From: Bryobacterales bacterium
GTDB lineage: Bacteria > Acidobacteriota > Terriglobia > Bryobacterales > UBA6623
Length of the DNA: 64,000 nt
Direction of reading: 5' to 3'
Assembly (NCBI GenBank): GCA_965248365.1
Contig: CBDFJA010000004.1
Coordinates: forward strand, 342,187 to 406,186
Part shown: positions 1-9,560 of the stretch, piece after piece
Numbering within the stretch: position 1 is the first letter of the stretch
How the letters are laid out: every line of letters begins with the position of its first letter
Made by a program: the position numbers and the translations under genes
Notes under the pieces: model-generated
What the model saw: the letters and a program-made list of their open reading frames with translations, nothing else
What the model was told of the DNA's origin: nothing
Databases searched by the model: none

Positions 1-118
1 GCTTCCGATGGCAGTCCCGATTTTTTCACCCCTGTCCACTTCCCGCTGATTTTACCCGCTGATGCCAGCCGGCTTACGCGGGTGGCGCTCGGCGCGGTCC
101 CCATTGATTGACGAATCC

Positions 119-628
119 TCATGGGTTGGGTTTAATCGCAAACAGTGCTGCGCCGTAGTCGACCGGCTGTGCGTTCGAGACGAATCGCTTGACGACGACG
201 CCCCCGATCTCTGCTTCGATCTCGTTCATCAGCTTCATGGCCTCGATGATGCAGAGCACCTGGCCGCTTTTGACTTTGTCGCCCACTTCGACGAAGGGGG
301 GGGCGTCGGGAGAGGACGCCTCATAGAAAGTCCCCACGATCGGGGCGCTTACCATCGCCAGATCCTCCTCTTGCTCGGCCGGTTCCTCGGGAGGCGCCGC
401 GGGAGCCGGGTTGCTCGCTGGCGCGACCGCCGGAGGCTGCGGGGCTTCGCCGATCGAGGGGGGGGCGGAAGCAACCACAACGTAAGGGGGCGAGTTAGGG
501 TTGTCTGACGGTCCACCGCGTGGAAAACGGCGGATGCGGAGCTTCTCATCTCCTTTTTCGAATTCGAGCTCCGCGATGTCCTTTTCGATGGCCGTGTCGA
601 TCAGGGCCTTGATCTGTCTTAAGTTCAT
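119..628 (-). CDS. accB: Acetyl-CoA carboxylase biotin carboxyl carrier protein
   Basis: N-terminal 'LIDTAIEKDIAELEFEKG', Pro/Ala linker, 'SAPIVGTFY', biotinylation motif 'IIEAMKLMNEI'. Confidence 0.95.
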   Translation of the reverse strand: MNLRQIKALIDTAIEKDIAELEFEKGDEKLRIRRFPRGGPSDNPNSPPYVVVASAPPSIGEAPQPPAVAPASNPAPAAPPEEPAEQEEDLAMVSAPIVGTFYEASSPDAPPFVEVGDKVKSGQVLCIIEAMKLMNEIEAEIGGVVVKRFVSNAQPVDYGAALFAIKPNP

Positions 629-675
629 GGAATAGCCGAGTTCTGCCGCGCGCTAGGAGGCGCAATCCGGGGGGA

Positions 676-1788
676 TCAAAACTGCCGAAGCTCGCGGGAT
701 GTCGAGGTGAGCACCTGGCAACCGTTTCGCTTGACGAGGACGACGTCTTCAAGCCGGGCTCCTCCGACGCCTTCCACGTAAGCGCCCGGTTCGATCGTCA
801 CGACCATACCGGCGGCTAGTTTCCCGTCCTGGTTGGGCCCGAGGCGCGGTCCCTCGTGAATCTCAAGCCCAAGTCCATGTCCCGTCGAGTGGGTAAAGGC
901 CTTGTCGAGCTTGAACTTGCGCAGCACCTGGCGGGCTTTGCGGTCCACGGTTTTGGCTTTAATACCGGACCGAACTTCGGCCACCGCCGCGGAATGAGCC
1001 TCTCGGACCGCTTTGTAAATCGTCCTGGCTCGCCGGTCCAGGCGCCCGAGGCACAGCATACGAGTCATATCACTCGTATAGCCATCGAGTATAGCACCCT
1101 GATCGACGACGACGAGGGCCGCGGGTGGGAGTCGGCGGCGGGTCGGTCGCGCATGCGGCAGCGCGGATCGCTCTCCCCCGGCGACGATGGTGTCAAACGC
1201 CGCCCCGTCGGCGCCGAGCCGGCGCATTTGGTACTCGATCTCGGCCGCCAGGCGCGCTTCCGTCCATGGGGGTCTGAGTTGCCGGCAAGCTCGCTCGAAG
1301 GCTTCGGAATTCAACTTGACCGCCCGGCGAATTCGTTCCACCTCGGCCGCGCTCTTGATCAGCCTGAGTGTTTCGACAACACCACTGAGCGGATCAAGAC
1401 GCCGGCCGCGAAGGCTTTCCCGGAGGTGAAGATACGTCTCGAACGAGACGCGGTTTTGCTCGAAGCCAAGGCGCCGGATGCGACGTTTCCCGATACTGTC
1501 GGTCACCGCGCGGAGAGGCTCGTCGCGGGCGACTACGATCTCGACGCCGTGGGTCTGCTGCCCGGCCTGTGTTCCGTAGCGCCCGTCCACATAGAGAACC
1601 GCCCGTTCCGGATCGACCAACAAGTAACCGAGGCTGCCGGTGAATCCCGTGAGGTAACGGAGGTTGGCGGGTCCCGCGACCAGAAAATATTCGTGCCCGC
1701 CGCGGGCCAGGGCCCTGCGTAGCGCCCTCAGGCGCGAGGGCCCTTCCGTTTCGAGTTGCCGCTCCCCAACCTGGGCGGCGGGGGTCAT
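676..1788 (-). CDS. Xaa-Pro aminopeptidase/dipeptidase (M24B, creatinase-N plus pita-bread domain)
   Basis: All five metal ligands present: VVDQG, GYTSDMTR, TGHGLGLEIHE, TIEPG, RLEDVV; upstream of accB. Confidence 0.9.
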   Translation of the reverse strand: MTPAAQVGERQLETEGPSRLRALRRALARGGHEYFLVAGPANLRYLTGFTGSLGYLLVDPERAVLYVDGRYGTQAGQQTHGVEIVVARDEPLRAVTDSIGKRRIRRLGFEQNRVSFETYLHLRESLRGRRLDPLSGVVETLRLIKSAAEVERIRRAVKLNSEAFERACRQLRPPWTEARLAAEIEYQMRRLGADGAAFDTIVAGGERSALPHARPTRRRLPPAALVVVDQGAILDGYTSDMTRMLCLGRLDRRARTIYKAVREAHSAAVAEVRSGIKAKTVDRKARQVLRKFKLDKAFTHSTGHGLGLEIHEGPRLGPNQDGKLAAGMVVTIEPGAYVEGVGGARLEDVVLVKRNGCQVLTSTSRELRQF

Positions 1789-2570
1789 TCGACGGCCGGT
1801 GAAAGCCGAATCCTCAAGCTGCCGGGTTGGGACGATATCTCGACGTCGGGGAAGGAAACGACGTCGAAGACAATTCGGGATACCGGCGGATCCGCTCGGT
1901 ATTGCCCAACCCGGACACGTTCCATAGAGGGATGGGAGATCGGCTGTGATCGCTGGGATTTGGGAATCGCGACGCGAAAGCCGGGGATGTCGATCACCAC
2001 TCTGTTCGGGTTATCAACGCGAAACGTCGTGTACTCGGGAGTCCCCTCGGCGATGATGACGACCTGCACCACGTCCGGCTGGGTCACCTGGCGAAGTTGC
2101 GTCAGCCTGCCGCCGGAGGCGGGCGGATCTCCGGGAGAGGGATCGACGATTGCCGCTCCCTGTTGTGAGGTCGCCGGATCGGGAGGAGAAGCCGCCGGAG
2201 TGGAAAGGGTTGACGGTTCCGGGGAGGCGTCGGCGAGAGGCGCATCTTCGCCGGGATCAACGACGGTTCCAGCGTCCGCCGCCGGATCCGGATCTTCGAC
2301 CGAGGGTTCCGTTCCCGGCGCCGCGGCGGCGGGAGGGTTCTCTGGCGCCGCCGGAGCAACCGGCGCGCTGGAGGCTTGATTGCCCGTCACGTCTGCCGCT
2401 TCGTCAAGGAGCCCGAACCCGAGGCGAAGTATCGCCAAGCCGAGCGCCAACAGGACGATCGCCAGCAGAAGCTCTCGTCGAGAAATGAAGGCCGACCAGC
2501 CCCGCGGCTCGAGCGCTGATTGCCACCCGGGCGGCTTGATCCGAGGACGCAGCAGGTTAATCTCGATCAT
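1785..2570 (-). CDS. PilN-like N-terminus (INLL motif + TM) fused via Pro/Ala/Asp linker to a C-terminal AMIN domain
   Basis: Starts MIEINLLRP, one TM helix, low-complexity linker, AMIN-like 'FRVDNPNRVVIDIPG...VRVGQYRADPPVSRIVFDV'. Confidence 0.75.
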   Translation of the reverse strand: MIEINLLRPRIKPPGWQSALEPRGWSAFISRRELLLAIVLLALGLAILRLGFGLLDEAADVTGNQASSAPVAPAAPENPPAAAAPGTEPSVEDPDPAADAGTVVDPGEDAPLADASPEPSTLSTPAASPPDPATSQQGAAIVDPSPGDPPASGGRLTQLRQVTQPDVVQVVIIAEGTPEYTTFRVDNPNRVVIDIPGFRVAIPKSQRSQPISHPSMERVRVGQYRADPPVSRIVFDVVSFPDVEISSQPGSLRIRLSPAVE

Positions 2571-3693
2571 GGTCTGGGAAACCGCGTAGAGCCAATCCTA
2601 TGGCCAGTGTCATCGCTGGCTTGTACTCATCTATCAGCTTGCCGGCGTAGCTGGTCGGGGAATAGGAGATGTTCCTCATCGGATCTAGCTGATGGACGGG
2701 AAGGCCCAGCTGTTCGTGCAGGGCTTCTTCGAGCTGGTTGCTGCCAACCGCGCCGCCTGAGAGATAAACGGACTGCGGGCTATCGGGCGCCGCCGCCTCG
2801 ACGAGCTTTTCCCACAGCCCATCGACTTGGGCAAGAACGCGCTCGGGGAGACTGCTCGGCGCGAGGGTGATTTGGCGTCTGGCGACGGAAACATGTCGGG
2901 CAAAGCGCAGTGTCGGCCCCCGCATGAGACAGACGATCAGGTGGCGCGTGCTGACGTGTAACAGAACGCAGGGCGATTTCGCGTCGGGCTCGCGGCTGTG
3001 CGCGAATGCGTTCGCCAGAGCGCAAGCTTGGACGTCGACGAAAGCCGCGTTTTTGCCGGCGAGCACGATGGTCTCACGCAGCCATTCCACCTGCTCAGCC
3101 GGAGAGCTGACCCAGAAGACCTCCGACGGGGGTTGATCTCCATCGGCGCCCAAAGGCTGATAGTCGACCAGCGCGTTTTCGATCGCGTAGGGAAGAGTCT
3201 TTTCGGCGGCTCGGCGGACCATATCGTCCAGCCCCAACTTATCCTCGTCGGGCAGCGAATCACATTGGCAATAAACTTTGTCGCCGCCCACGGCGACGGC
3301 GACATGGCGCGCTCGGATCCGGGACTCCTTGAAGAGGCGCTTGATTTCCAACGCGATTTCAATTCCATCCGTCAGAGTTCCCTCGGTAACGGCGTCGCCG
3401 GGCGTGGGAGCGATGGCAGCCTGCTTGAGCGTGATTCGACCCTGCGGCCGATGCAGCAGCACAGCCTTGATCGCCGTCGAGCCCATGTCCAGACCCACTA
3501 GGGCCAGTTTCCATCGGGCGGCCTTGCCAAGCCGTGGCGGCTTCGAACTTTTTGACGCCGGAGCGGTCGGCTGAAGCTCCGATGCCGTGCTGTCGTTTTC
3601 TTCCAACTGGAACCTCTCTGGGCTTCGCTTTGATCCCTCGAAGATTCGATAGGTCGAAAGACGAGTCAACCCTAACCTACAGTATTTCAGCAA
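2557..3693 (-). CDS. pilM: PilM-like actin-fold (FtsA/MreB-like) pilus assembly protein; start uncertain
   Basis: 'LVGLDMGSTAIKAVLL', 'AVAVGGDKV', 'VDVQACALANAF', 'VYLSGGA', 'LAIGLALRG'. Confidence 0.8.
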   Translation of the reverse strand: MLKYCRLGLTRLSTYRIFEGSKRSPERFQLEENDSTASELQPTAPASKSSKPPRLGKAARWKLALVGLDMGSTAIKAVLLHRPQGRITLKQAAIAPTPGDAVTEGTLTDGIEIALEIKRLFKESRIRARHVAVAVGGDKVYCQCDSLPDEDKLGLDDMVRRAAEKTLPYAIENALVDYQPLGADGDQPPSEVFWVSSPAEQVEWLRETIVLAGKNAAFVDVQACALANAFAHSREPDAKSPCVLLHVSTRHLIVCLMRGPTLRFARHVSVARRQITLAPSSLPERVLAQVDGLWEKLVEAAAPDSPQSVYLSGGAVGSNQLEEALHEQLGLPVHQLDPMRNISYSPTSYAGKLIDEYKPAMTLAIGLALRGFPDHDRD

Positions 3694-3871
3694 ATACGGC
3701 TAGGTAGCAATCCGTCTGTCGAGTATTGTAGCTGGTCAGCTCGGGCGAAATGAATCGGTCCCTACGCTTGAACCGCGACACGCTCAAGCCCATCAGCAGC
3801 GGCGCGATTTCCTCGTCTCCTCGGTCGGCCTCTTTTCGTGACCGTATTTGCGACCTGAAACAATCGGGCCG

Positions 3872-4492
3872 CTATCTCAAAAACTTGGCCAGGTCCTGAG
3901 CGAGCAGCTCAGCCCGGTCGGCCAGATTCTTGGCTATCGCCGGGTCGCGCTTACGGGCGGCCTCGGCTTGGCTAAGAAATCCGCGAATTCGCCGCACGGC
4001 GTTGCTCTGATCCGGCGTGAGGCTTCGATCGACAATACCAGCCAGAGTTTTCCGTACGCTTCGAATGCTGTGTTCAATAGCACGGTCGTAGGCTCGCCGT
4101 TGGTCCGCCGTCAGGATCTTCCCGAGCTGAGGAAACCGCCGGCGAGGAGAATCGCCCGAAAAACCCGACGCCTCATCGGTCGCCGTCGTTTCGGCGACCT
4201 TTTCCACTGTCTCGGACAAACCGGGATCTTGTCGCCTGGGATCATCGGCAAGAGCCAAGGGCGCCGAATCTCGACGTATCGCCTCCGCCGGGATTTCCCG
4301 CGACGGCGCGAGACGCTGTTGTGTTTGAGGCTCCGACACCGGTTCGGCCGGGGCGGGCGGGGCCTCTGCCACCGCCGGAACTGGTGGGAGCGGTGAAACG
4401 GGCGTCTTCGCCACGTCGGTTCTCGTCCGGCAAGATGCCGCCAGAGTCAACATGAGGGCCAGAAGAAGCCGAAGCCCCGGGTGTGTGCCCAT
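3872..4492 (-). CDS. Putative lipoprotein with Pro-rich linker and C-terminal helical domain
   Basis: Lipobox 'LTLAASC' after a hydrophobic stretch; co-oriented directly downstream of the kinase; start taken at ATG 4492. Confidence 0.65.
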   Translation of the reverse strand: MGTHPGLRLLLALMLTLAASCRTRTDVAKTPVSPLPPVPAVAEAPPAPAEPVSEPQTQQRLAPSREIPAEAIRRDSAPLALADDPRRQDPGLSETVEKVAETTATDEASGFSGDSPRRRFPQLGKILTADQRRAYDRAIEHSIRSVRKTLAGIVDRSLTPDQSNAVRRIRGFLSQAEAARKRDPAIAKNLADRAELLAQDLAKFLR

Positions 4493-4607
4493 GCGGCGCG
4501 GTCCAATGATCTCTCCAACCACGCTGTCCTTTCTTGTTGGCGTGCCGTCGCCGGCGGACTTTGTCCGAGTACTCATTGGTGATCGCGCGGTCCGTTCCCG
4601 GTTTCAA

Positions 4608-6560
4608 CTACGACATCTCGGTGGCGGTGGTTGTTTCGTTGTCGACGCGGCGCGATCGATTGCCGGCGAAGCGGTCCGAGCCCCCGGGAAGCAGCTGAGA
4701 TTCCGTTTCCTTCAGGGCTCCGAGCCGAAGACGAAACTCCGTCCCCCTGCCGAGATCGCTGCTGAAATCGATTGTCCCGCCATGAAGCTGCACGACCCGA
4801 AACGTCATGGCTAATCCGATGCCGGAACCGCGTCCCTTGGTCGTGAAATACAAGTTATAGATCTTGTCGCGTATTTCGCCCGGTATTCCGCCTCCCTGGT
4901 CTCGAATCGTCAGCAGCCAGTCCGGGCCGGCCCTGCGGACGCCGATTTCCAGCTTTCCTCCCTGCGGCATGGCGTCAATGCCGTTGACGACAACGTTGAG
5001 AATTCCCTGCATCAGCAGATCGCGATCTCCCCGAACCTCAGCGTCGGCGACTTCGTTGTGAGTGACGATCTCGGCCTTCCGCCTCTCGGCTTCCGGGGCG
5101 ACGAGAGTACGGACTTCTTCGACCAGCTTCACCAGGTCAAGCGGTCGAAAATCGAGGTCGACCGGTCGGGTAAAATCCAAGAAACTCTTGACCACGCGAT
5201 CGAGCCGAGTGATCTCGCGGGCAATGACTTCAATCTCCGTCCGGACCGTTTCCGAGGAACCATCCAACTTGGACTTCAATACCTCCAGATGCAAAGCGAT
5301 CGAGTTCAGCGGGTTCTTGATTTCGTGCGCCGCCCCGCCGGTAAGACGGCTGATCGAGGCGAGGCGGTGGGAGACGTCCAATTGAGATTCGAGTTCGCGT
5401 CGGGGAGTGGCGTCGCGCAGCGTCACCAGCGTACCGACTCGTTCGTGGGTGGGGAACTGCTCGAGAACTTCAACACTGACCAGCAGGTGGATGGGCGTCT
5501 CTCCGTCGCGATCGAGCGTGACCGCGGAGTCCGCTACGGCTCGCCGCAGGTGAACGGCACTCTGAACCAGCGCCCCGAGATCGGTCGAGTCAGGGAAGAC
5601 CTCCTCGATCGCCGCTCCCATCATTTGCCAGCGGCCCCCGAGAATGCGCTCCGCCGCGCGCCCGGCCATGACCAGGCGGTTGTCATGGCCAAACAGTAGA
5701 ACGGCGTCCTCCATCCTCTCGAGCAACTGATCCACGTTGGCCTGTAATTGCGTACGGTCGGCCTGGACGCCTCTAAATTGCTCACCGAGCAGACTGAGCT
5801 TGGACTCGACCACGGCCACTTCCTTGGCGGGGTTCTTCGAGGGGCCGCGGTCCGCCAGGACTTCGCCGCGGCTGATACGGTCGATAATGTCGCTGATTCT
5901 GGCCAGCGGCCGGGACGCGATCCGCGAGGCGAGGACAGCCAGCAGGACCGACAGCAGCAGAGACACGGCGGAGACCACCGCCAGATCGCGGATACGGGGC
6001 ATCACTTGGCTTCGAAGCAGGACGGACGAGAGAATCACTCGAACCGTGAACAGCGGCGCTTGCTTCTCGAGTATGCCCAGACGCCGCGTCACCTCATAGT
6101 CTTGATTGCGGGCCAGGACCTCCTCGAGCTTGGCCCACAAAGGTTTTTCCTCGAAGTCTTCGAAGCGGGGCAGAGAATCGATCTTCCGCCCCCCCTTGGA
6201 GGGAAAGGAAGCGGCCAAGACACGGTCGTTCTTCCCGCTGACGAGCGCTTCGACAATCACCGGGGAACTCCCGACGAGCTTCTGAAGCAACGTAGACAAG
6301 CCGGCGTCTTGTTCGACGATCTCCGTCCAGATTTTCTCGACCTCTTCGTCGCTTTTCGGGGGAGGCTGCCAGCTAGGCGTTTGCTCGTTGACAATCTGGA
6401 GAATGAAGCTTTCCACCTGCGTGGCATTCATGTTCGCCAGCTCCAACGCGTCTCGAAAGCGAGTTTCGACCACGCCATGGACGTGGAGCAGGGAAAGAGC
6501 CAGCACCACCGTCACCACCAGGGCAACGATCGATAGCTGCAGGCGGGTTCTCAAAGACAT
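4608..6560 (-). CDS. Sensor histidine kinase (2 TM, HAMP, PAS-like, HisKA, HATPase)
   Basis: H-box 'AHEIKNPL', N-box 'NVVVNG', 'DQGGGI', 'FTTKGRGSGIGL'. Confidence 0.93.
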   Translation of the reverse strand: MSLRTRLQLSIVALVVTVVLALSLLHVHGVVETRFRDALELANMNATQVESFILQIVNEQTPSWQPPPKSDEEVEKIWTEIVEQDAGLSTLLQKLVGSSPVIVEALVSGKNDRVLAASFPSKGGRKIDSLPRFEDFEEKPLWAKLEEVLARNQDYEVTRRLGILEKQAPLFTVRVILSSVLLRSQVMPRIRDLAVVSAVSLLLSVLLAVLASRIASRPLARISDIIDRISRGEVLADRGPSKNPAKEVAVVESKLSLLGEQFRGVQADRTQLQANVDQLLERMEDAVLLFGHDNRLVMAGRAAERILGGRWQMMGAAIEEVFPDSTDLGALVQSAVHLRRAVADSAVTLDRDGETPIHLLVSVEVLEQFPTHERVGTLVTLRDATPRRELESQLDVSHRLASISRLTGGAAHEIKNPLNSIALHLEVLKSKLDGSSETVRTEIEVIAREITRLDRVVKSFLDFTRPVDLDFRPLDLVKLVEEVRTLVAPEAERRKAEIVTHNEVADAEVRGDRDLLMQGILNVVVNGIDAMPQGGKLEIGVRRAGPDWLLTIRDQGGGIPGEIRDKIYNLYFTTKGRGSGIGLAMTFRVVQLHGGTIDFSSDLGRGTEFRLRLGALKETESQLLPGGSDRFAGNRSRRVDNETTTATEMS

Positions 6561-6638
6561 GACGATCCGACCGTCCGGTGTCGCCTTGACGCGGCACGCC
6601 GCGAGCGTCCGCCACAATCGGCGAGGAGCGCCCGATGG

Positions 6639-8036
6639 TCAGTGGGTTCCATACTCTTTCAACTTGTTGTGCAGAGTCTTGAGGCTGATGTCAAGAATTT
6701 TCGCCGCGCGGGTCTTATTGTTGCCGGTGTGCTCGAGGGTGCGCAGCAGCAGCGCCTTTTCGGCCTCCCGCACCTTCGTGCCCACAGGGAGTCGGACGAC
6801 ATTCGGGTCGGCCGGCTCGGCCAGCGGCGCCTTCTCTCCCGGGGCGGAAAGGTTGCCCAGCAAGTGCGAGGGCAGGATGGTGCCTTCCCCCGCCAAGATC
6901 ACCGCGCGTTCTAAAACGTTACGCAATTCGCGGACGTTCCCCGGCCAGTGATAGCCGCGAAACTTCTCCACCACATCCGGGTGCAGATCGACCACCCGGC
7001 ATTCGTGCTTTTTGTTGAGATCCTCGACGAGCGCCTCGGCGCTCGGCAGTACATCTTCCTTGCGCTCGCGCAGCGGCGGCAGGTGGATGCGAAAAACGTT
7101 GAGCCGATAGTAGAGATCTTCCCGAATCTCGTTGTTGGCGACGGCGTCGTCAACGGGTTTATTGGTCGCCGCGATGACGCGGGTGTCGACCTCGATCTCT
7201 TTATCGCCGCCGAGGCGGCGCACCCGCGAGTCTTCCAGGACCCGCAGGAGCTTGGCTTGCGTGCCGACTGGCATGTCTCCGATTTCGTCAAGCAGCAGCG
7301 TGCCGCCGTTGGCCAGCTCGAAACACCCGGCGCGACGCTGAACGGCACCCGTGAAAGCGCCCTTTTCATGTCCGAACAATTCGCTTTCCATCAGCGATTC
7401 CGGCAAAGCCGCGCAGTTGATGGCGACGAAGGGGTCGTTCTTGCGCGGGCTGAGGGCGTGAACGGCGCGGGCGACCAGCTCCTTGCCCGTGCCGCTCTCG
7501 CCCGTGACCAGGATGGCCGCTTTGCTGGGCGCGACCTGCCGGATCGTCGAAAAGACCTCCTGCATGGCAGGGGAGGGCCCGACCAGCCCTTCGAGCAGCC
7601 CTTGATAGCTCAACTGGCGCTGCAGCCGGTCCGTTTCTTCAGTCAAGCGCCCCTGAGCGGCGGCGCGGTTGATCAGGACCCGAAGCGCGTTCGCGTCGAT
7701 TGGTTTCTCCAGAAACCAAAACGCGCCGAGGTCGCGGACGGTCTTGAGGGCATTTTCGATGCTGCCGAAGGCGGTCAACACGATGGCCGCCGGCCGCGGA
7801 CCGTCGACCGCCAGGCGGCGCAGCAGTTCGAAACCGTCCATGCGCGGCATGCTGAGGTCGGTCAGCATGACGTGAGCGGGGAAAGAACTCAGTTTTTCGA
7901 GGGCCTCCTGACCGTCGGAGGCCGTCTCGACGGCAAAACCCCAGGAAGAGACCAGACTGGCCAGACCATTTCGCTGGTCCTGCTCGTCGTCGACGATCAG
8001 CACGCGCGCCGGCGCGGGCGTCTGCGCTTCACTCAT
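6639..8036 (-). CDS. Sigma-54-dependent response regulator (NtrC/AtoC family)
   Basis: REC domain, 'GESGTGKE', 'FGHEKGAFTGA', 'LLDEIGDM', 'WPGNVREL', Fis-type HTH. Confidence 0.95.
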   Translation of the reverse strand: MSEAQTPAPARVLIVDDEQDQRNGLASLVSSWGFAVETASDGQEALEKLSSFPAHVMLTDLSMPRMDGFELLRRLAVDGPRPAAIVLTAFGSIENALKTVRDLGAFWFLEKPIDANALRVLINRAAAQGRLTEETDRLQRQLSYQGLLEGLVGPSPAMQEVFSTIRQVAPSKAAILVTGESGTGKELVARAVHALSPRKNDPFVAINCAALPESLMESELFGHEKGAFTGAVQRRAGCFELANGGTLLLDEIGDMPVGTQAKLLRVLEDSRVRRLGGDKEIEVDTRVIAATNKPVDDAVANNEIREDLYYRLNVFRIHLPPLRERKEDVLPSAEALVEDLNKKHECRVVDLHPDVVEKFRGYHWPGNVRELRNVLERAVILAGEGTILPSHLLGNLSAPGEKAPLAEPADPNVVRLPVGTKVREAEKALLLRTLEHTGNNKTRAAKILDISLKTLHNKLKEYGTH

Positions 8037-8335
8037 CGCCTCTTATTCTACTGGAGTGGGTTGACCGCTTTTCACGGCGCGCCGCAGATCGCCTCGAGTG
8101 TAACACTTGCCGGATTCACCAACTCCTAACCTCGAATCAACTATTCTTGGCCATCTTTCGGCCCGGCGGAGGCCCCGTTATTTAGCGTGACAAAACGAGC
8201 AGGCGATCGCCGCCGGTGTGGGGTTGGTCTGGGCGATCCGGGCAATCATAAGTTAACTTGATCGGCCCCGGAGAGGGAATCCGACGGCTTTCCCCCGAGT
8301 CGAACACAAGGCCTTCGATCGCGCTGGCTCGCCGG

Positions 8336-9274
8336 TCAGGCTCCGGCTGTTTCCGCGGAACCGGCCAGCATGCGGGCAAGCTGCTCCAGGCAGGCGTCTG
8401 AAATAGCGCGGTACAGCAGGACGTTCTTTCCATTCACCTGAGTACGTACGACGCGCTCGGCCATCAAGTCACAAAGGAAAATGTCGGCAGCCTCCCCTCG
8501 GAATTCCCCCCGTGCGGAGGTCAGCAGGTATTCCTGCAAAGAGTGCCTTTGCCCGGCGACGGGGGCAAGAACCGCGCGCGCCACTTCAAGAAAGTACCGG
8601 CTGACGGATACGAGCGCTATCAAGGACGGCTCTGTCAGGCTGCGAATCGTTTCTATGTGCTCGTCGACCGAGGAATAAGTGATCGGAACGAGCGCGCGTT
8701 TCGTGGGCAGCAGCGGCTTTATCTGCTCGACGTGGCCGGGAGCACAAATGACGAGCGCGCCCACCGCCCGGCTTCGATTCGATGTTAAATCATCCGGCGA
8801 ACACGCTTTGATGGGGATGTGAAACCTTTCCTTGATCTCCATGGGGATGAGCACGCGCAGGCCGGCGTCGTCGGAAACGACGAGCAGGTGGTCAGGCGGC
8901 CCTTCGAGCATGCGCTGCTGAAAACGCTCGCTCAGCTGCCGCAGCGAGTAGCCTTCGCGCTGCGCCGTACTCACCGTCGCATCAATCAATTCGTCCAAAT
9001 CCTTCGCCCCTGCCGCCGGCACGCGCTGTTGCTCCGAATGAGAACGCACGACCAAAGAGATCCCGCGGCGTTTCACAACCAGCCTCTGGAGAACCGGGTC
9101 TTGGTAGGCCTGACTGACCGTGTTGTGGTGAATTTTTAGTCTGCGGGCCAATGCCCTTACGCTTGGCAACGGATCGCCGGGCTTCAACTGGCCGGTGCCG
9201 ATGGACAGAACAATTTGCGCCGCCAGTTGCTCGTGAACCGGGACTTCGCTTTCTTTGCTGATGCGAATGTCCAT
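8336..9274 (-). CDS. GntR family (YtrA-like) transcriptional regulator with C-terminal extension
   Basis: 'VPVHEQL...LKPGDPLPSVRALARRLKIHHNTVSQAY'; divergent from the radical SAM operon. Confidence 0.85.
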   Translation of the reverse strand: MDIRISKESEVPVHEQLAAQIVLSIGTGQLKPGDPLPSVRALARRLKIHHNTVSQAYQDPVLQRLVVKRRGISLVVRSHSEQQRVPAAGAKDLDELIDATVSTAQREGYSLRQLSERFQQRMLEGPPDHLLVVSDDAGLRVLIPMEIKERFHIPIKACSPDDLTSNRSRAVGALVICAPGHVEQIKPLLPTKRALVPITYSSVDEHIETIRSLTEPSLIALVSVSRYFLEVARAVLAPVAGQRHSLQEYLLTSARGEFRGEAADIFLCDLMAERVVRTQVNGKNVLLYRAISDACLEQLARMLAGSAETAGA

Positions 9275-9431
9275 TTCCCAGCACCCTTGGTTAGCCGGCA
9301 CCCTCGGCGGGCCAGATCGAGGCCCGGCTCTCAGCTAGCTCCCCGTGTCGACAATCGTGCAGGATCGAAAAATGGGGGCTGCCACGAATTCGCTTCCCGT
9401 CATGGCCCGGAAAAAAGCGCTTAGCCTGAAG

Positions 9432-9459
9432 CGAATTGGCCGGCTGTACCCTATTTTTC
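9432..9459 (+). promoter_or_regulatory. Candidate cis-regulatory motif shared with 34545-34572
   Basis: CGAATTGGCCGGCTGTACCCTATTTTTC is 24/28 identical to the reverse complement of 34545-34572; both lie about 90-100 nt upstream of an operon start in the same orientation. Confidence 0.35.
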
Positions 9460-9560
9460 GCGACCTTCCGCATTGTGGCACTTCAGAAACTGTCACGCCA
9501 TGGGTTTTCGCTCCCGGCGTCCGCCCGTAAACTCGTTTTCAGAACACGGAGGAACGTCCC

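Noticed and set aside
1785-3693. Complete type IV pilus assembly operon
   Set aside because: No pilO, pilP, secretin, ATPase or pilin genes in the window
6948-8129. Long opposite-strand ORFs (also 856-1722, 5748-6536, 38971-40239, 48188-50188 and those inside IS4 copies)
   Set aside because: Antisense or alternate-frame shadows of well-supported genes in GC-rich DNA; no motifs
9300-9560. Cobalamin riboswitch upstream of the B12-radical SAM gene
   Set aside because: No recognisable B12-box or GCCACTG core seen by eye; an Infernal scan would be decisive
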